This document shows, in pieces, positions 30,035-39,802 of a stretch of DNA of 64,000 nt. Source of the DNA: a virus. The notes beneath the pieces were generated by a model. That model had not been told where the DNA came from. It did no database searches and saw nothing but the letters and a program-made list of their open reading frames with translations. Positions within the stretch are counted from its first letter, which is position 1; the number at the start of each line of letters is the position of its first letter. Where the stretch lies: positions 1 through 64,000 of the IMG/VR virus record IMGVR_UViG_3300043411_001114; one strand, 5' to 3'. Made by a program: the position numbers and the translations under genes.

Positions 30035-31426
30035 ATGAAGTGCAAACCGGGATGCACCTGCAAGCGCCACAACAGGGTGCTCACTGACGAGCATCGGGAA
30101 AACATCGCCAAGGCTAACGCGGCCCGCAGGGGAGAATCGCGCAAATGCCCTGACGGGTGCGCCTGCAACCGGCATAAGGCCTACTACCGGGGCGGCAGTA
30201 AAAAGGGGAGAACCTTCTCCGATCAGGCCAGGGCGAACATGACCGCCAGCGCCAGGAATCGTGCCTACACCCCAGAAGGCATCCAGTCCCTGTCCGACAG
30301 GATGAAGGAAAACCACCAAGACCCCGACTTCACGGCCAGAAGGGTTTCTGCCCTGAAAGATTACTGGGCCAACGTCGTGTCTCCGGAAGATTTGGCGCGA
30401 GGGGTGAAGCGATCCAGTAGGGCGGAAAAGATCATCGCCCCGTTCCTGGAAGGCATGGGGTACCACCACAACGAGGGTGTCGGTCAGCTAAGAATCGGCC
30501 GAAGGACACCGGACTTCATCGACTCCGAAAACAGAAGAGTCTTTGAGTATTTTGGCGTGTACTGGCACCCCGATCCTCAGGAAGCTCTTGACCTGGTTGA
30601 CTTCTATGCGAGCCGGGGCTGGTGGGCCACCATCCTGTGGGAGGACCGGGTGCTTAGGTGGATTGAAGACCACAAAGACCTGGTCGATGAAGAACGCTAC
30701 GAGTCGGCAAGACACTCTTTGTCCAATCTTCACAGGTATCACCCAGGTCCTCCGCCGAACCTCTCCCCGAGGGTGATTTACCAACACGAGTGGGACGACC
30801 CCCGGGTGCGGACAATAATTTCAAGCCAATCCAGATATGCAGAAAACAAAACCACCAACAGGGTTGGTGCCCGGCTTTGCGAAATTGACACGAATGTTTC
30901 TTCGACAGAAGCCGCTAGTTTCCTGGACGAAAACCACCTCCAGGGGAGAGCCGGGGGGTCGGTCAGGATTGGGTTGAGGCACGATTCAGAACTGATCGCC
31001 CTGATGTCGTTCGGCGTCCCCCGAATGCAGAAAAAGTCTGCTCCCGTCGAGTGGGAAATGATTCGATACGCGGTCAGGCTGGATCATGCCGTTCCCGGCG
31101 GGGCCTCACGGCTGTTCAAAGAGTTCGTCAGGACCACCAACCCCTCCAGCATTGTGAGCTATTCGGACAACGCGAAATCTTCGGGCAAGCTCTACGAGAC
31201 GCTGGGATTCTCTTTTTCCAACGAGACCGCACCGGACTATGTGTGGTGGGACGGCAAGATCGTCAAGAAAAGATACGAGTGCATGTCCTACAAACTGAAA
31301 CAAAAATACCCCAATCTGCCCGGCATCGACTCGATGAGCGAATCTCAGATCATGTCCGGCCTGGGGTACCGGAAGATTTCCGACCTCGGCAAGAAGGTGT
31401 GGGTCTGGAACAAGAACGACCTGTGA
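30035..31426 (+). CDS. Free-standing putative homing endonuclease (NUMOD3-like, Vsr/DUF559-like and Hef-like domains)
   Basis: TDEHRENIAKA helix; PDF....VFEYFGVYWH nuclease motif; FLDENHLQG...GGASRLFK...IVSYSD. Alternative starts 30017/30029. Confidence 0.7.
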   Translation: MKCKPGCTCKRHNRVLTDEHRENIAKANAARRGESRKCPDGCACNRHKAYYRGGSKKGRTFSDQARANMTASARNRAYTPEGIQSLSDRMKENHQDPDFTARRVSALKDYWANVVSPEDLARGVKRSSRAEKIIAPFLEGMGYHHNEGVGQLRIGRRTPDFIDSENRRVFEYFGVYWHPDPQEALDLVDFYASRGWWATILWEDRVLRWIEDHKDLVDEERYESARHSLSNLHRYHPGPPPNLSPRVIYQHEWDDPRVRTIISSQSRYAENKTTNRVGARLCEIDTNVSSTEAASFLDENHLQGRAGGSVRIGLRHDSELIALMSFGVPRMQKKSAPVEWEMIRYAVRLDHAVPGGASRLFKEFVRTTNPSSIVSYSDNAKSSGKLYETLGFSFSNETAPDYVWWDGKIVKKRYECMSYKLKQKYPNLPGIDSMSESQIMSGLGYRKISDLGKKVWVWNKNDL

Positions 31427-31480
31427 TTCCCTGCCTGGCTCTCATCAATAGGTGAGAACAGGAAGGCCGGGGTCACCAAC

Positions 31481-32203
31481 ATGTCGATGCCTATTCAGCG
31501 TCAGAGCGAGTCCTTCGGGATTTTCGACGACGGCCCCCGCTTCGCCCGCGACCGCTCCTCTCATGACCTCCCCAAGGGTCTGGCCGGTCTGGTCAACAGC
31601 TTCGGGCCACGCATCACTGCCGGGATGCTCAACACCCGCACCGCAGGTGATGACCTCGACGCCGCGCTGGCAGATTCCTCCGAATACGCCGGAGGGGGTG
31701 TGTCGACCAGCCTTCCCGGTGCGGCGGCGAAGATGATCTGGAACGGTTCGACAATGACCGGCCAGGAAAGCACCCCCGCGTTCAATCCCGGCCCGGCCAA
31801 GGCCGCCCGTATCGCCTCCTGCGACTACTGCGGAGAACCCGGCCACGAATGGGACGTCCACCCCGAGGCCCGGGCCGACGTCACCGCATGGGAGCGGGAG
31901 AAGGCCGGTCTGGAGTTTCCGTTCGGCGACCACCACGAAGCCTCCCGGCATCAGGCCGTCAACGTCGACGGGATGGACCCCAGCAGCCACGCCTATCACG
32001 AAGAAAGCTACGGCGGCCCCTATGACCCGGGCGGCCAGTGGCTCGGCGACGAGGACGGCGGCCCGGCACCTCGACGCGACTGGAACCCGAACTCCGGCTA
32101 CGAGCCGTCCTACCTGGACGAGCAGAACCACGAGTTGGTGGCCGGGGACGACGAGAGCGGATACAACTGGGGTCCCGAGCCGGACCCCCGCAGCGTTTAC
32201 TGA
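31481..32203 (+). CDS. Acidic hypothetical protein, possible internal head protein
   Basis: Late motif at 31420-31455; RFA/RTA/RIA sites; CDYC motif. Confidence 0.6.
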   Translation: MSMPIQRQSESFGIFDDGPRFARDRSSHDLPKGLAGLVNSFGPRITAGMLNTRTAGDDLDAALADSSEYAGGGVSTSLPGAAAKMIWNGSTMTGQESTPAFNPGPAKAARIASCDYCGEPGHEWDVHPEARADVTAWEREKAGLEFPFGDHHEASRHQAVNVDGMDPSSHAYHEESYGGPYDPGGQWLGDEDGGPAPRRDWNPNSGYEPSYLDEQNHELVAGDDESGYNWGPEPDPRSVY

Positions 32204-32226
32204 CAGCAAAGTGAAAGGCGGTCACA

Positions 32227-32784
32227 GTGACCACGGCAACCAGTGCAGAAAAGAAAGAAGTTCCGGTCGACCCGGCGGTGGAGCCGGGTATCGAACCTCC
32301 CGCAATGCCCACCCGCAGGGTGGTCGCCGAGGAGCCTGAGGACGACCCCCAGTCTCCTGAGAAGACCCCGATCGTCGTCACCGAACTGACCGACTCCGAG
32401 CGGGCAGACTTCGCGTCCCTGATGACCTGCGGTCGGCGATCCAAAACCATCACCGTCATGGGTCACCCGGTGGTGATTCAGACCCTCACCACCGCCGACG
32501 AGATGAGAATCGGCCTCTACACCAAGGACTTCGCCGACACCCAGTTGGGCTTCCAGCGGGCCTATCAGGTGGCGGTGTGCGCGGCAGGGGTCAGGGAGGT
32601 GCAGGGCAAGCCGCTCTTCACCTCGCTGCGCGAGATCACCAGCGACGACGAGGTCTTCGACAGGTCGGCCGCCGAGATCAAGAAGTTCTACCCGATCGTC
32701 ATCACCCAGATTTATCAGGCCATCATGGACCTGGAGCGGGAGTTCGCGGAACTGGCGATCAAACTGGGAAAACTGTCCGGCTAG
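32227..32784 (+). CDS. Tail assembly chaperone (G)
   Basis: Upstream of the tape measure gene; slippery G-GGA-AAA at 32766-32772. Confidence 0.8.
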   Translation: MTTATSAEKKEVPVDPAVEPGIEPPAMPTRRVVAEEPEDDPQSPEKTPIVVTELTDSERADFASLMTCGRRSKTITVMGHPVVIQTLTTADEMRIGLYTKDFADTQLGFQRAYQVAVCAAGVREVQGKPLFTSLREITSDDEVFDRSAAEIKKFYPIVITQIYQAIMDLEREFAELAIKLGKLSG

Positions 32785-33155
32785 ACGAGGTCTCCGAGTC
32801 CGAGATTCGTCTAGCCTTCCACCAGGGCCTACTGAGCGGTAGCAGCCTCAACGCCTTCCAGGCGTGGGCGCTGAAATACGCGATCGTGATGAACCGACGG
32901 ATTGAACTTCAGGACGCCGAGGATCGGCTGCAGCGCCAGACCTGGTATCTCGCCCCGGGCCGGTATGAGGAGTTGTTCCTTGCCGGAGCATTCGCACCAG
33001 ACCCTCTCACCATCGCCGGGAGAGACATAGAAGAAGTAGTAGACGATGTCGATGAACTCGACCGCTACTTCGACCAGCTGGAGCAGAAAAGGTCTGTCAC
33101 CGGCGCGGACGTCATGCACGCCCTGCGGCAGTCCGGTGAAGGAGAGTGGATGTGA
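32766..33155 (+). CDS. Tail assembly chaperone -1 frameshift extension (GT)
   Basis: GGGAAAA heptamer in the correct phase; the -1 frame is open to 33155. Confidence 0.8.
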   Translation, partial: GKTVRLDEVSESEIRLAFHQGLLSGSSLNAFQAWALKYAIVMNRRIELQDAEDRLQRQTWYLAPGRYEELFLAGAFAPDPLTIAGRDIEEVVDDVDELDRYFDQLEQKRSVTGADVMHALRQSGEGEWM

Positions 33156-35446
33156 CGACTCCCTCCGATTCCTCGTTCGACTACACCGACGATTCGGTCA
33201 TAGCCCGGGTCGCCTTCGACATCCCGCACCAGGCGGTCGGTGACGTCAGCCAGTTGACCGCCGCGATGTCGGCGATGCGCACCGAACTGGAATCCATCGC
33301 CCGCGCGCAGTCCGACTGGATGGACTACCTGCGCCAGGTGCCCGAGATCACCAGCCGAGCCAATCAGGCGATCCGCGAGCAGATCACTCTGATGGAGCGG
33401 ATGTCCTACGTCCAGGGTGAGGTCGGGATCGGCGGCGGGGGCGGTAAGTTCTGGGGCGGCGGTGGTGGTGCACCCGGGGCCGCTGGAGGCGGCGGTGGTG
33501 GAGGCGGTGGTGGCTACTCCACTGCGGCAGCGCCCGGCTACGTCAACCCCTTCCGCGATATGGCCTTCGGTACCGGTGCCCACGGCGGCGACGGCGGGGC
33601 CGGTGGGATGGGTGCCGCACTCGGTGCCCTGGAGAAAAACGACCCGCACACCTTCGCCAACGTCACCTCGGCCCGGGGGCAGGCCGTCAATCCGGCCCTG
33701 CTCGGCATGGTGGGAGGCGCTCTGGCGGCCTCCTACGGCAAGGGAACCCAGCCCGGCCAGGCAGGGTCGGGTGGTGAGGCTGACGGCTCCACCGTCCCGC
33801 AAGGCACCAGCGCGGCCCGTACCTCGGCGGGCAAGCCCGACCCGGGCAAGGGCGGCGCACCGATGGGTGCCGCATCCCAGAACGACCCCGGCGAGCCGTC
33901 ACCCGATGGCACCGACAACCAGAAGATGATCTCCAACCTCCTCAACGAGGCCAGGACGGGGCGAATCGGCCCCCGAATCGCCAGCATTATCAGGTCGGTC
34001 ATCGGCGGCGGTCGGGACGCCGGTGGCGGCGGTGGTGCGGGCGGCAGCGCCGACGGTGGCGGGGCCAACGACCTCATCGGGTCGGCTTTGGGCAGCCTGG
34101 GGAGCAGCATGCTGCCCGGCATGTTCGGCGGCAGGGCCGGGGGTGGTATCGCCGGGATGCTCGGCGCTCACAAAGGCACCGCCATCGGGCTGGGTGTCGC
34201 CGGTCTGGGCCTGGGTGCCATGGGTGCCGCCCAGAACATCGGCGAGCGGGTCACCGACCTGACCCAACTCGGTTCGGTGCAGGGTGGCGGTGCGGTCGAG
34301 GGTCACGGGTACGAGGTCTCGGCCAGGATCATGGCCCTCAACCCGTTCATCAACACCGACCAGGCCCGCCAGGTCATGCAGATGAGCCTCAAGTCCGGCT
34401 TCCGTGGCGGCGAAGGCGACATGGTTCAAGACTTCATGGTCAAGAACTTCAAAGACATGTCGATGTCCTTCGCCGACTCGCTGTCGGTCATCGAATCCAG
34501 CGCCCAGAAGAGCGGCGACTCGACCCTGGGCCTTGCCGACAAGATGAAAGACCTCCAGGGCACGCTCGACCTGATGAAGGGCCTCTCCGGCGAGGGTGGT
34601 GCCGCGCTGCCGGAGCGGGAGGCGCAGTTCGAGTCGACCGTCAAAACCCTGAGTTCGCTCAACGTCAGCCCGGAGAGCGCCAACCGGTCGGCGCTGGCGA
34701 TGCAGGAGATGTTCAAGGACAACCCGATCCTGCGTTCGGCGGCACCCCAGCTCGCCAACGCCGCCGCCCAGAACCCGATGTTCATGCAGCAGGTGGCGAT
34801 GCGCAACGGAATCACCGGAATGCTGCCCGGCGCGCTACCTGGGGCCTTAGAAGACGCCGGGATCGACACCCACGATGCTTTCCTCGACCAGGCCAAGTAT
34901 GTCGCCAACATGGTGAGCAAATACCCGGGCGGGAAACGCAACCAGGCCGCCATGTTCCAGGAGTTGATGGCCCAGCAGGGTGTCCCGATGGATCAGAAGA
35001 CCGCCTACGCCCTGTATGGGGAGGTTTCGGGCGGTCGCGACATCGCCGGTGACACGGAAAAGTCCATGCAGGCCGGGGCGGGTCACAAGACCATAGGTTC
35101 CAAGATCATGGACAATTTCACCCGCCAGTCCGGTGCCCAAAGCGCCGCCGACAACTTCTCGGCCAGCCGCCAGGACGGCTTCACCCCCGACGGCCAGCCG
35201 CCTCGGTCGCTACCCCAGTCCCGGGAGCAGGTGGGTTCGGGCAGCCTGACCGCCCAAGGAACGGTGAACGGCGAACTCCGAGTCACCGTAGACCAGCAGG
35301 GACGAGTCACCGCCCCGCCGACGATCCAACTCACCGGCCAGCAGAAGGCGGTCATGGCGGGCGGCGGGTCGGGGCAGCTGAACAGCGTCGGACCGGGCGA
35401 CCCGAACTACATGCACGCGCACAACACCTTCCCGGGCGGGAGGTAG
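33152..35446 (+). CDS. Tape measure protein
   Basis: Follows the frameshifted chaperone; Gly/Ala/Met-rich helical protein of about 764 aa; GTGA overlap. Confidence 0.75.
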   Translation: MTTPSDSSFDYTDDSVIARVAFDIPHQAVGDVSQLTAAMSAMRTELESIARAQSDWMDYLRQVPEITSRANQAIREQITLMERMSYVQGEVGIGGGGGKFWGGGGGAPGAAGGGGGGGGGGYSTAAAPGYVNPFRDMAFGTGAHGGDGGAGGMGAALGALEKNDPHTFANVTSARGQAVNPALLGMVGGALAASYGKGTQPGQAGSGGEADGSTVPQGTSAARTSAGKPDPGKGGAPMGAASQNDPGEPSPDGTDNQKMISNLLNEARTGRIGPRIASIIRSVIGGGRDAGGGGGAGGSADGGGANDLIGSALGSLGSSMLPGMFGGRAGGGIAGMLGAHKGTAIGLGVAGLGLGAMGAAQNIGERVTDLTQLGSVQGGGAVEGHGYEVSARIMALNPFINTDQARQVMQMSLKSGFRGGEGDMVQDFMVKNFKDMSMSFADSLSVIESSAQKSGDSTLGLADKMKDLQGTLDLMKGLSGEGGAALPEREAQFESTVKTLSSLNVSPESANRSALAMQEMFKDNPILRSAAPQLANAAAQNPMFMQQVAMRNGITGMLPGALPGALEDAGIDTHDAFLDQAKYVANMVSKYPGGKRNQAAMFQELMAQQGVPMDQKTAYALYGEVSGGRDIAGDTEKSMQAGAGHKTIGSKIMDNFTRQSGAQSAADNFSASRQDGFTPDGQPPRSLPQSREQVGSGSLTAQGTVNGELRVTVDQQGRVTAPPTIQLTGQQKAVMAGGGSGQLNSVGPGDPNYMHAHNTFPGGR

Positions 35447-35449
35447 TCG

Positions 35450-36166
35450 ATGGCCAAACCCGTCTCTCCCAGCAGCTACCAGTTCCCCCAGGTTGCCGCG
35501 CCGATCACCTCCCCCGACGAGCGCGGGATCGCCAGCATTTATCACCCCGAGGTGGGCACCCTGCGGCTGCGCTCCAATCCCAAGGAGTTCAACTGGTCGT
35601 ACACGCTCAACAAACGGGTCGACCAGACCTACGGCGGTCGGGTCATCCAGTTGCTGGGGACCCGAATCGAGGACTTCACCTTCACCGCCGACTGCGGTTC
35701 GGGGCGCTGGGAGTACATGAACAAGGTCGCCAAATTCATGCGCGACATCATGATCAAGCAGCGAGGCGGGGCACCGGCGACGTTCGAATACACAACCCGG
35801 GGCTGGAAGTTCAACGCCTACATCGCCAGCATCCCGTTCGCGGACGCGGTCGAGGAGGTGGCCCGCGAGTTCGAGGTGGCCATGAAGGTTCAGGAAGATG
35901 TGTCGGGGCTGATGAGCCGAAACACCCTGTCCGCCGAACTGAGGCGGCTCCAGGACGGCATGGGATTCACCCGCAGCCGCTACAACGACCCGCTCAAGGC
36001 CGGTAACGGGGTACCCAACTCGGAGGCCTTCGCCGGTAGTCCCGAAGCGATATTGGAGAGCGTCCAAGAGCTTGCGCCGAGTTTCAATTTCCTGCCGCAG
36101 AACTTCGGCGGCGGAATCGGGACCCTGCTCGGCACGCTGGCGACCGGAATCCCGGGCGAGGAGTAG
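35450..36166 (+). CDS. Baseplate/tail tube initiator-like protein
   Basis: NP.EF.WSY......QTYGG pattern; follows the tape measure gene. Confidence 0.6.
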   Translation: MAKPVSPSSYQFPQVAAPITSPDERGIASIYHPEVGTLRLRSNPKEFNWSYTLNKRVDQTYGGRVIQLLGTRIEDFTFTADCGSGRWEYMNKVAKFMRDIMIKQRGGAPATFEYTTRGWKFNAYIASIPFADAVEEVAREFEVAMKVQEDVSGLMSRNTLSAELRRLQDGMGFTRSRYNDPLKAGNGVPNSEAFAGSPEAILESVQELAPSFNFLPQNFGGGIGTLLGTLATGIPGEE

Positions 36167-36169
36167 ATC

Positions 36170-36340
36170 ATGGCCGATTACGTTTCCAACACCCCGGTAT
36201 CTGGGCCACGCAACCTCGACTGGAAGGTGGCGTGGGACATCGGCGGCATGTCCTGGAGCTACGAGTGGGGAATGTTCTACTCAACCAGCGGCAGGGACGA
36301 CATGCTCCCGCTCCGCGAGCCTAGCTGGCCGGAGAAGTAA
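36170..36340 (+). CDS. 56-aa hypothetical protein (not in track)
   Basis: GAGGAG SD; fills the gap exactly; MADYVSNTPVSGP...WPEK. Confidence 0.7.
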   Translation: MADYVSNTPVSGPRNLDWKVAWDIGGMSWSYEWGMFYSTSGRDDMLPLREPSWPEK

Positions 36341-36940
36341 ATGTCCCAGATGCTGCTCAAGGGTCATGGTGGTGCGAGATTCAAGCTCAGCGTGACCCAG
36401 TTCCGGTCGCCGATGTCGGCCTCGATCAACTCGGTTCAGGTCCGCTCGATGATGCATCACTTCCCGATCCGTGCCGGGCAGCCCGACATCCAGTTCACCG
36501 TCCAGTTCGCATCGCAGGACGACAAGCATGAGTTCCAGGACTTCGTCCGAGACCACCAGCGCAACACCCAGAAGGCGTCCTACACCGGCAACGGGGACGG
36601 GACGGTCACCCTCTTCTGGCCGGAGCGCAACATTGATAACTGGACCGGCTACATCACCACCATGCCGGTCTCCGAGTCGAGGTTCATCTACGCCCCCAAG
36701 GTGACCTTCGGGGTGGCCCTGGTCGACTCGCTGCTCAGCGAGCGGACCGTCGACTTCAGCCGTGGCAACAGTTTCTGGACCGTGGCCGGGTCTCAGATAC
36801 CGCAATTCATCATGGACGTGTTCGCGGTCGAGTCGCTGTTCAGGCTCCCGAACAACCCCAGCTCGCAGGTTATCCAGGAGGTCATGGGGGTCGGCCAGTC
36901 GGTGGCCGAGCAGATCATCAACAACACGACGGGGTTCTGA
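36341..36940 (+). CDS. Minor tail/baseplate protein
   Basis: Operonic position and codon bias. Confidence 0.6.
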   Translation: MSQMLLKGHGGARFKLSVTQFRSPMSASINSVQVRSMMHHFPIRAGQPDIQFTVQFASQDDKHEFQDFVRDHQRNTQKASYTGNGDGTVTLFWPERNIDNWTGYITTMPVSESRFIYAPKVTFGVALVDSLLSERTVDFSRGNSFWTVAGSQIPQFIMDVFAVESLFRLPNNPSSQVIQEVMGVGQSVAEQIINNTTGF

Positions 36941-36943
36941 GCA

Positions 36944-39802
36944 ATGACCAGCCCCGATCCTCGCGAAAAGGAATCCGAGCAGTACATCGAGCAGGGTAAG
37001 GACAATGTCCTGCTCAATATCGACCCGACCAGCCCGCCGCCGATGAAGACCCTGGTGTACTCGCCAGAAATCAAGATCCTCATCGCCCGGGGCAACAAAC
37101 AGTACGACGTTTCGGCCGACGTGGTGGCCTGGTCGCTCCGGCGGCCCGAGAACTCGATCGCCTCGCTCGTCTTCCGGCTCTCCAACAAACCGGCCTCCAA
37201 CACCGACCTGAAGAAACTGCGCTACAACCAGCTTTTCGAGCGCATGGATCGGGTCACGGTATTCCTGAAACGGATCGAGTGGGTTCAGGTCTTCTCGGGC
37301 TACCTCGACTCGGTTCCGCACGTCCAAATCTATCCGGGCACGGTGAACTTCCGGGCCTCCTGCACCCTCAAGCGACTCCTGCACACCTGGTGGGACCCGG
37401 GTCTGCCCGAGTCGCAACGCATCTTCGACCAGTCCGGCAGGGCTTTAACGGAGCTGGAAAACGGTGAGATGCAAACCGACATGGGTTTGGGGTCGCTGTT
37501 GCGTCGGCTCCTGGTCCTGGTCGGCGGCTGGAATCCCCAGAACATCCATATCCAGCGCTTCCCGTCCGGCTTCTACGACTACATGGAGGAGCAGATCAGA
37601 CGACTGACCCCGGGAGCGGAGAAGGACGTTCGATCCTTCAAGGAACTGCTGCTGGGCGAGGGTGACATCAGTATGGGTCCCGGAAGGGCCGCAGGACGCC
37701 AGCAGGGTGTCACCATGGGTGGCTACATGGTGTCGCAGCCCGAACGGATGCTGGAGGTCATTCGGGCGGTCGACGAGATGGGTATGGGGCCGGACAATAT
37801 GGACCTCGCCGCATCGCAGGGTTTGGGCACCGTCGCCGAGGGGGTCAAGGACTACCAGGATCAGGAGTTCTCCAAAGGCCAGACCGAGGTCGGCAAGAAC
37901 TGGTACGACGCGGCCCTCAAATCCGACGCCGCGATCCATTGCTTCATGACGATCGCCGCCGAATCGAACTGGATCATGTACGCCAACCGGGCGGCACCGG
38001 AGTCTCTGGGCTACCCCTACGACCCGGGCGCGATCTCCACCGACGGCTCCTCGGTGGGCCTGTATCAGCAGCAGAACAACGGGGCCTGGGGTTCGACCGC
38101 CCAGCGGATGAACGTCAAGGCCTCGACCCAGATGTTCCTCGAACAACTCAATCGGTACGAGTGGCGCAACATGGATCGGGCGGCGGCCTGCCAGGCGGTT
38201 CAGCGTTCGGCCTTCGCCGACGGCTCCAACTACAAGAAGTGGGAGCAGGCGGCGATCGAGCAGGTGCGGGCGATCCGATCCGGCACTGGTACCGCCACCG
38301 GTGCCGCCGGGGCCGCCAGCGGCAACCCGATCCCGGGCACCAACCTGGGTGGCACCCCGGTCGGCACCAACATCGCCCCGGCCCTGCCCGGCACCAGCAA
38401 CATCACCGGAGTTCCAGGAGTGCCTACGGTGAACGGAATGCCTGGGCCGACGGCGGCCGCGAGTGTGGTTGGCAAGCCGCTCTACGACTCGGGTGGCGCG
38501 CTGTCGTGCGCCCTGGCCCAGGTCGGGAAGCCGTATGTTCTTGGAGCCAACGGACCGGACGCCTTCGATTGTGGTTCCCTAATGCAATTCTCCTATCGCT
38601 CAATCGGGCTGGAAATCAGCAGAACCACCTACACCCAAGCCAGTCAGTTGGAGCGCATCCCGGCCACCAACCTCCGACCCGGAGACATGATCCAACCCGA
38701 CGAGGGTCATGTTGTGATGTACGTCAGTCCGGGGTGGGTTGTTCACGCCCCACAGCCTGGCGATGTTGTTCAGGTTGCTCCCATGTGGTTCGACCCGAAT
38801 ACTGCGGTGTGCCTGAGGGCACCCGGCGCGGAGTTCGGTGGAACCGTCCCGACCGCCTTCGACATCACCAAAGCCATGTCGGCCACCAACGCGGTGGCCG
38901 GGACGGTGACCACCGGACTGAACGGCAGCACCGGCACCGGGCAGACCGAGCCGGTCGCTCGAAACCTTTTCACCTACCAGTTCGCGGGCGGCCAATTCGC
39001 CAGCGCCATCTCGATAATGTTCGGAGGCGAGGTCGGCACCCAGGAGAAGGCGTTCATCAACGACGAGCCGCTGATTCAGACGGTGGTGTCCTTCGCTCAG
39101 GCAGGTTTGCGGAACTTCCAGTCGGCCCCCAACGGCGACTTCATCGCCTACTACCCCGACTATTTCGGTCTGGATGGCAAGGATGCGGTCTTCGCGCTCG
39201 AAGACATCGAGATGAAGAACGTCCAGATCGACCTCAACGATGACGCTATGGCTACCCACGTCTATATATCCGGCTCGACGCAGATGAATGGCAGCGGCGG
39301 CGGTGGCGTGATGGGGTGGCTCAACTCCAAGGGCGTGGCCACCGTCGAGAACCAGTGGCTGTTCGCCCGGATGGCGGCGGCGGCACCCCACGTCCCGGGC
39401 GAGTTCATTCCGAACGGTAAGGACGTGATGCGCAAGTTCGGTGCCCGGCCGCTGCAGAAGTCGATGTCATCGGTTCAGTCGGGGCCGATGGAGTTCCTGC
39501 TGGCGGTCCAGACCTTCATGACCAAATGGGCCGAACAGTATGCCACCACCATCGAGACCACATTCCTACCCGAGGTGTTCCCGGGCATGCGGCTCCACCT
39601 GGTTGATCACGGCCTGCAGGTGTACGTCGCCGAGGTCACCCACAGCGGCGACTACGAAAGCGGTTTCACGACCTCTATGGTCATCACCGCGCCCTCCAAT
39701 CCGGCGCTGCGAAACATGGCGACAAACATCTTCAACTCGACCGCCAAGGACATTGCGGACCGCCAGGACCTGACGTCGAACAAGTCGGAGGTGGCTAACT
39801 AA
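36944..39802 (+). CDS. Baseplate hub with lysozyme-like and NlpC/P60 peptidoglycan hydrolase domains
   Basis: AES...SVGLYQQ...WG lysozyme-like motif; GKPYVLGA.GPDAFDCGS...GHV.MY...VHAP NlpC/P60 triad. Confidence 0.85.
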   Translation: MTSPDPREKESEQYIEQGKDNVLLNIDPTSPPPMKTLVYSPEIKILIARGNKQYDVSADVVAWSLRRPENSIASLVFRLSNKPASNTDLKKLRYNQLFERMDRVTVFLKRIEWVQVFSGYLDSVPHVQIYPGTVNFRASCTLKRLLHTWWDPGLPESQRIFDQSGRALTELENGEMQTDMGLGSLLRRLLVLVGGWNPQNIHIQRFPSGFYDYMEEQIRRLTPGAEKDVRSFKELLLGEGDISMGPGRAAGRQQGVTMGGYMVSQPERMLEVIRAVDEMGMGPDNMDLAASQGLGTVAEGVKDYQDQEFSKGQTEVGKNWYDAALKSDAAIHCFMTIAAESNWIMYANRAAPESLGYPYDPGAISTDGSSVGLYQQQNNGAWGSTAQRMNVKASTQMFLEQLNRYEWRNMDRAAACQAVQRSAFADGSNYKKWEQAAIEQVRAIRSGTGTATGAAGAASGNPIPGTNLGGTPVGTNIAPALPGTSNITGVPGVPTVNGMPGPTAAASVVGKPLYDSGGALSCALAQVGKPYVLGANGPDAFDCGSLMQFSYRSIGLEISRTTYTQASQLERIPATNLRPGDMIQPDEGHVVMYVSPGWVVHAPQPGDVVQVAPMWFDPNTAVCLRAPGAEFGGTVPTAFDITKAMSATNAVAGTVTTGLNGSTGTGQTEPVARNLFTYQFAGGQFASAISIMFGGEVGTQEKAFINDEPLIQTVVSFAQAGLRNFQSAPNGDFIAYYPDYFGLDGKDAVFALEDIEMKNVQIDLNDDAMATHVYISGSTQMNGSGGGGVMGWLNSKGVATVENQWLFARMAAAAPHVPGEFIPNGKDVMRKFGARPLQKSMSSVQSGPMEFLLAVQTFMTKWAEQYATTIETTFLPEVFPGMRLHLVDHGLQVYVAEVTHSGDYESGFTTSMVITAPSNPALRNMATNIFNSTAKDIADRQDLTSNKSEVAN

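Noticed and set aside
33430-34220. GGC/GGT tandem runs resembling a repeat or guide array
   Set aside because: In-frame poly-Gly codons of the tape measure protein
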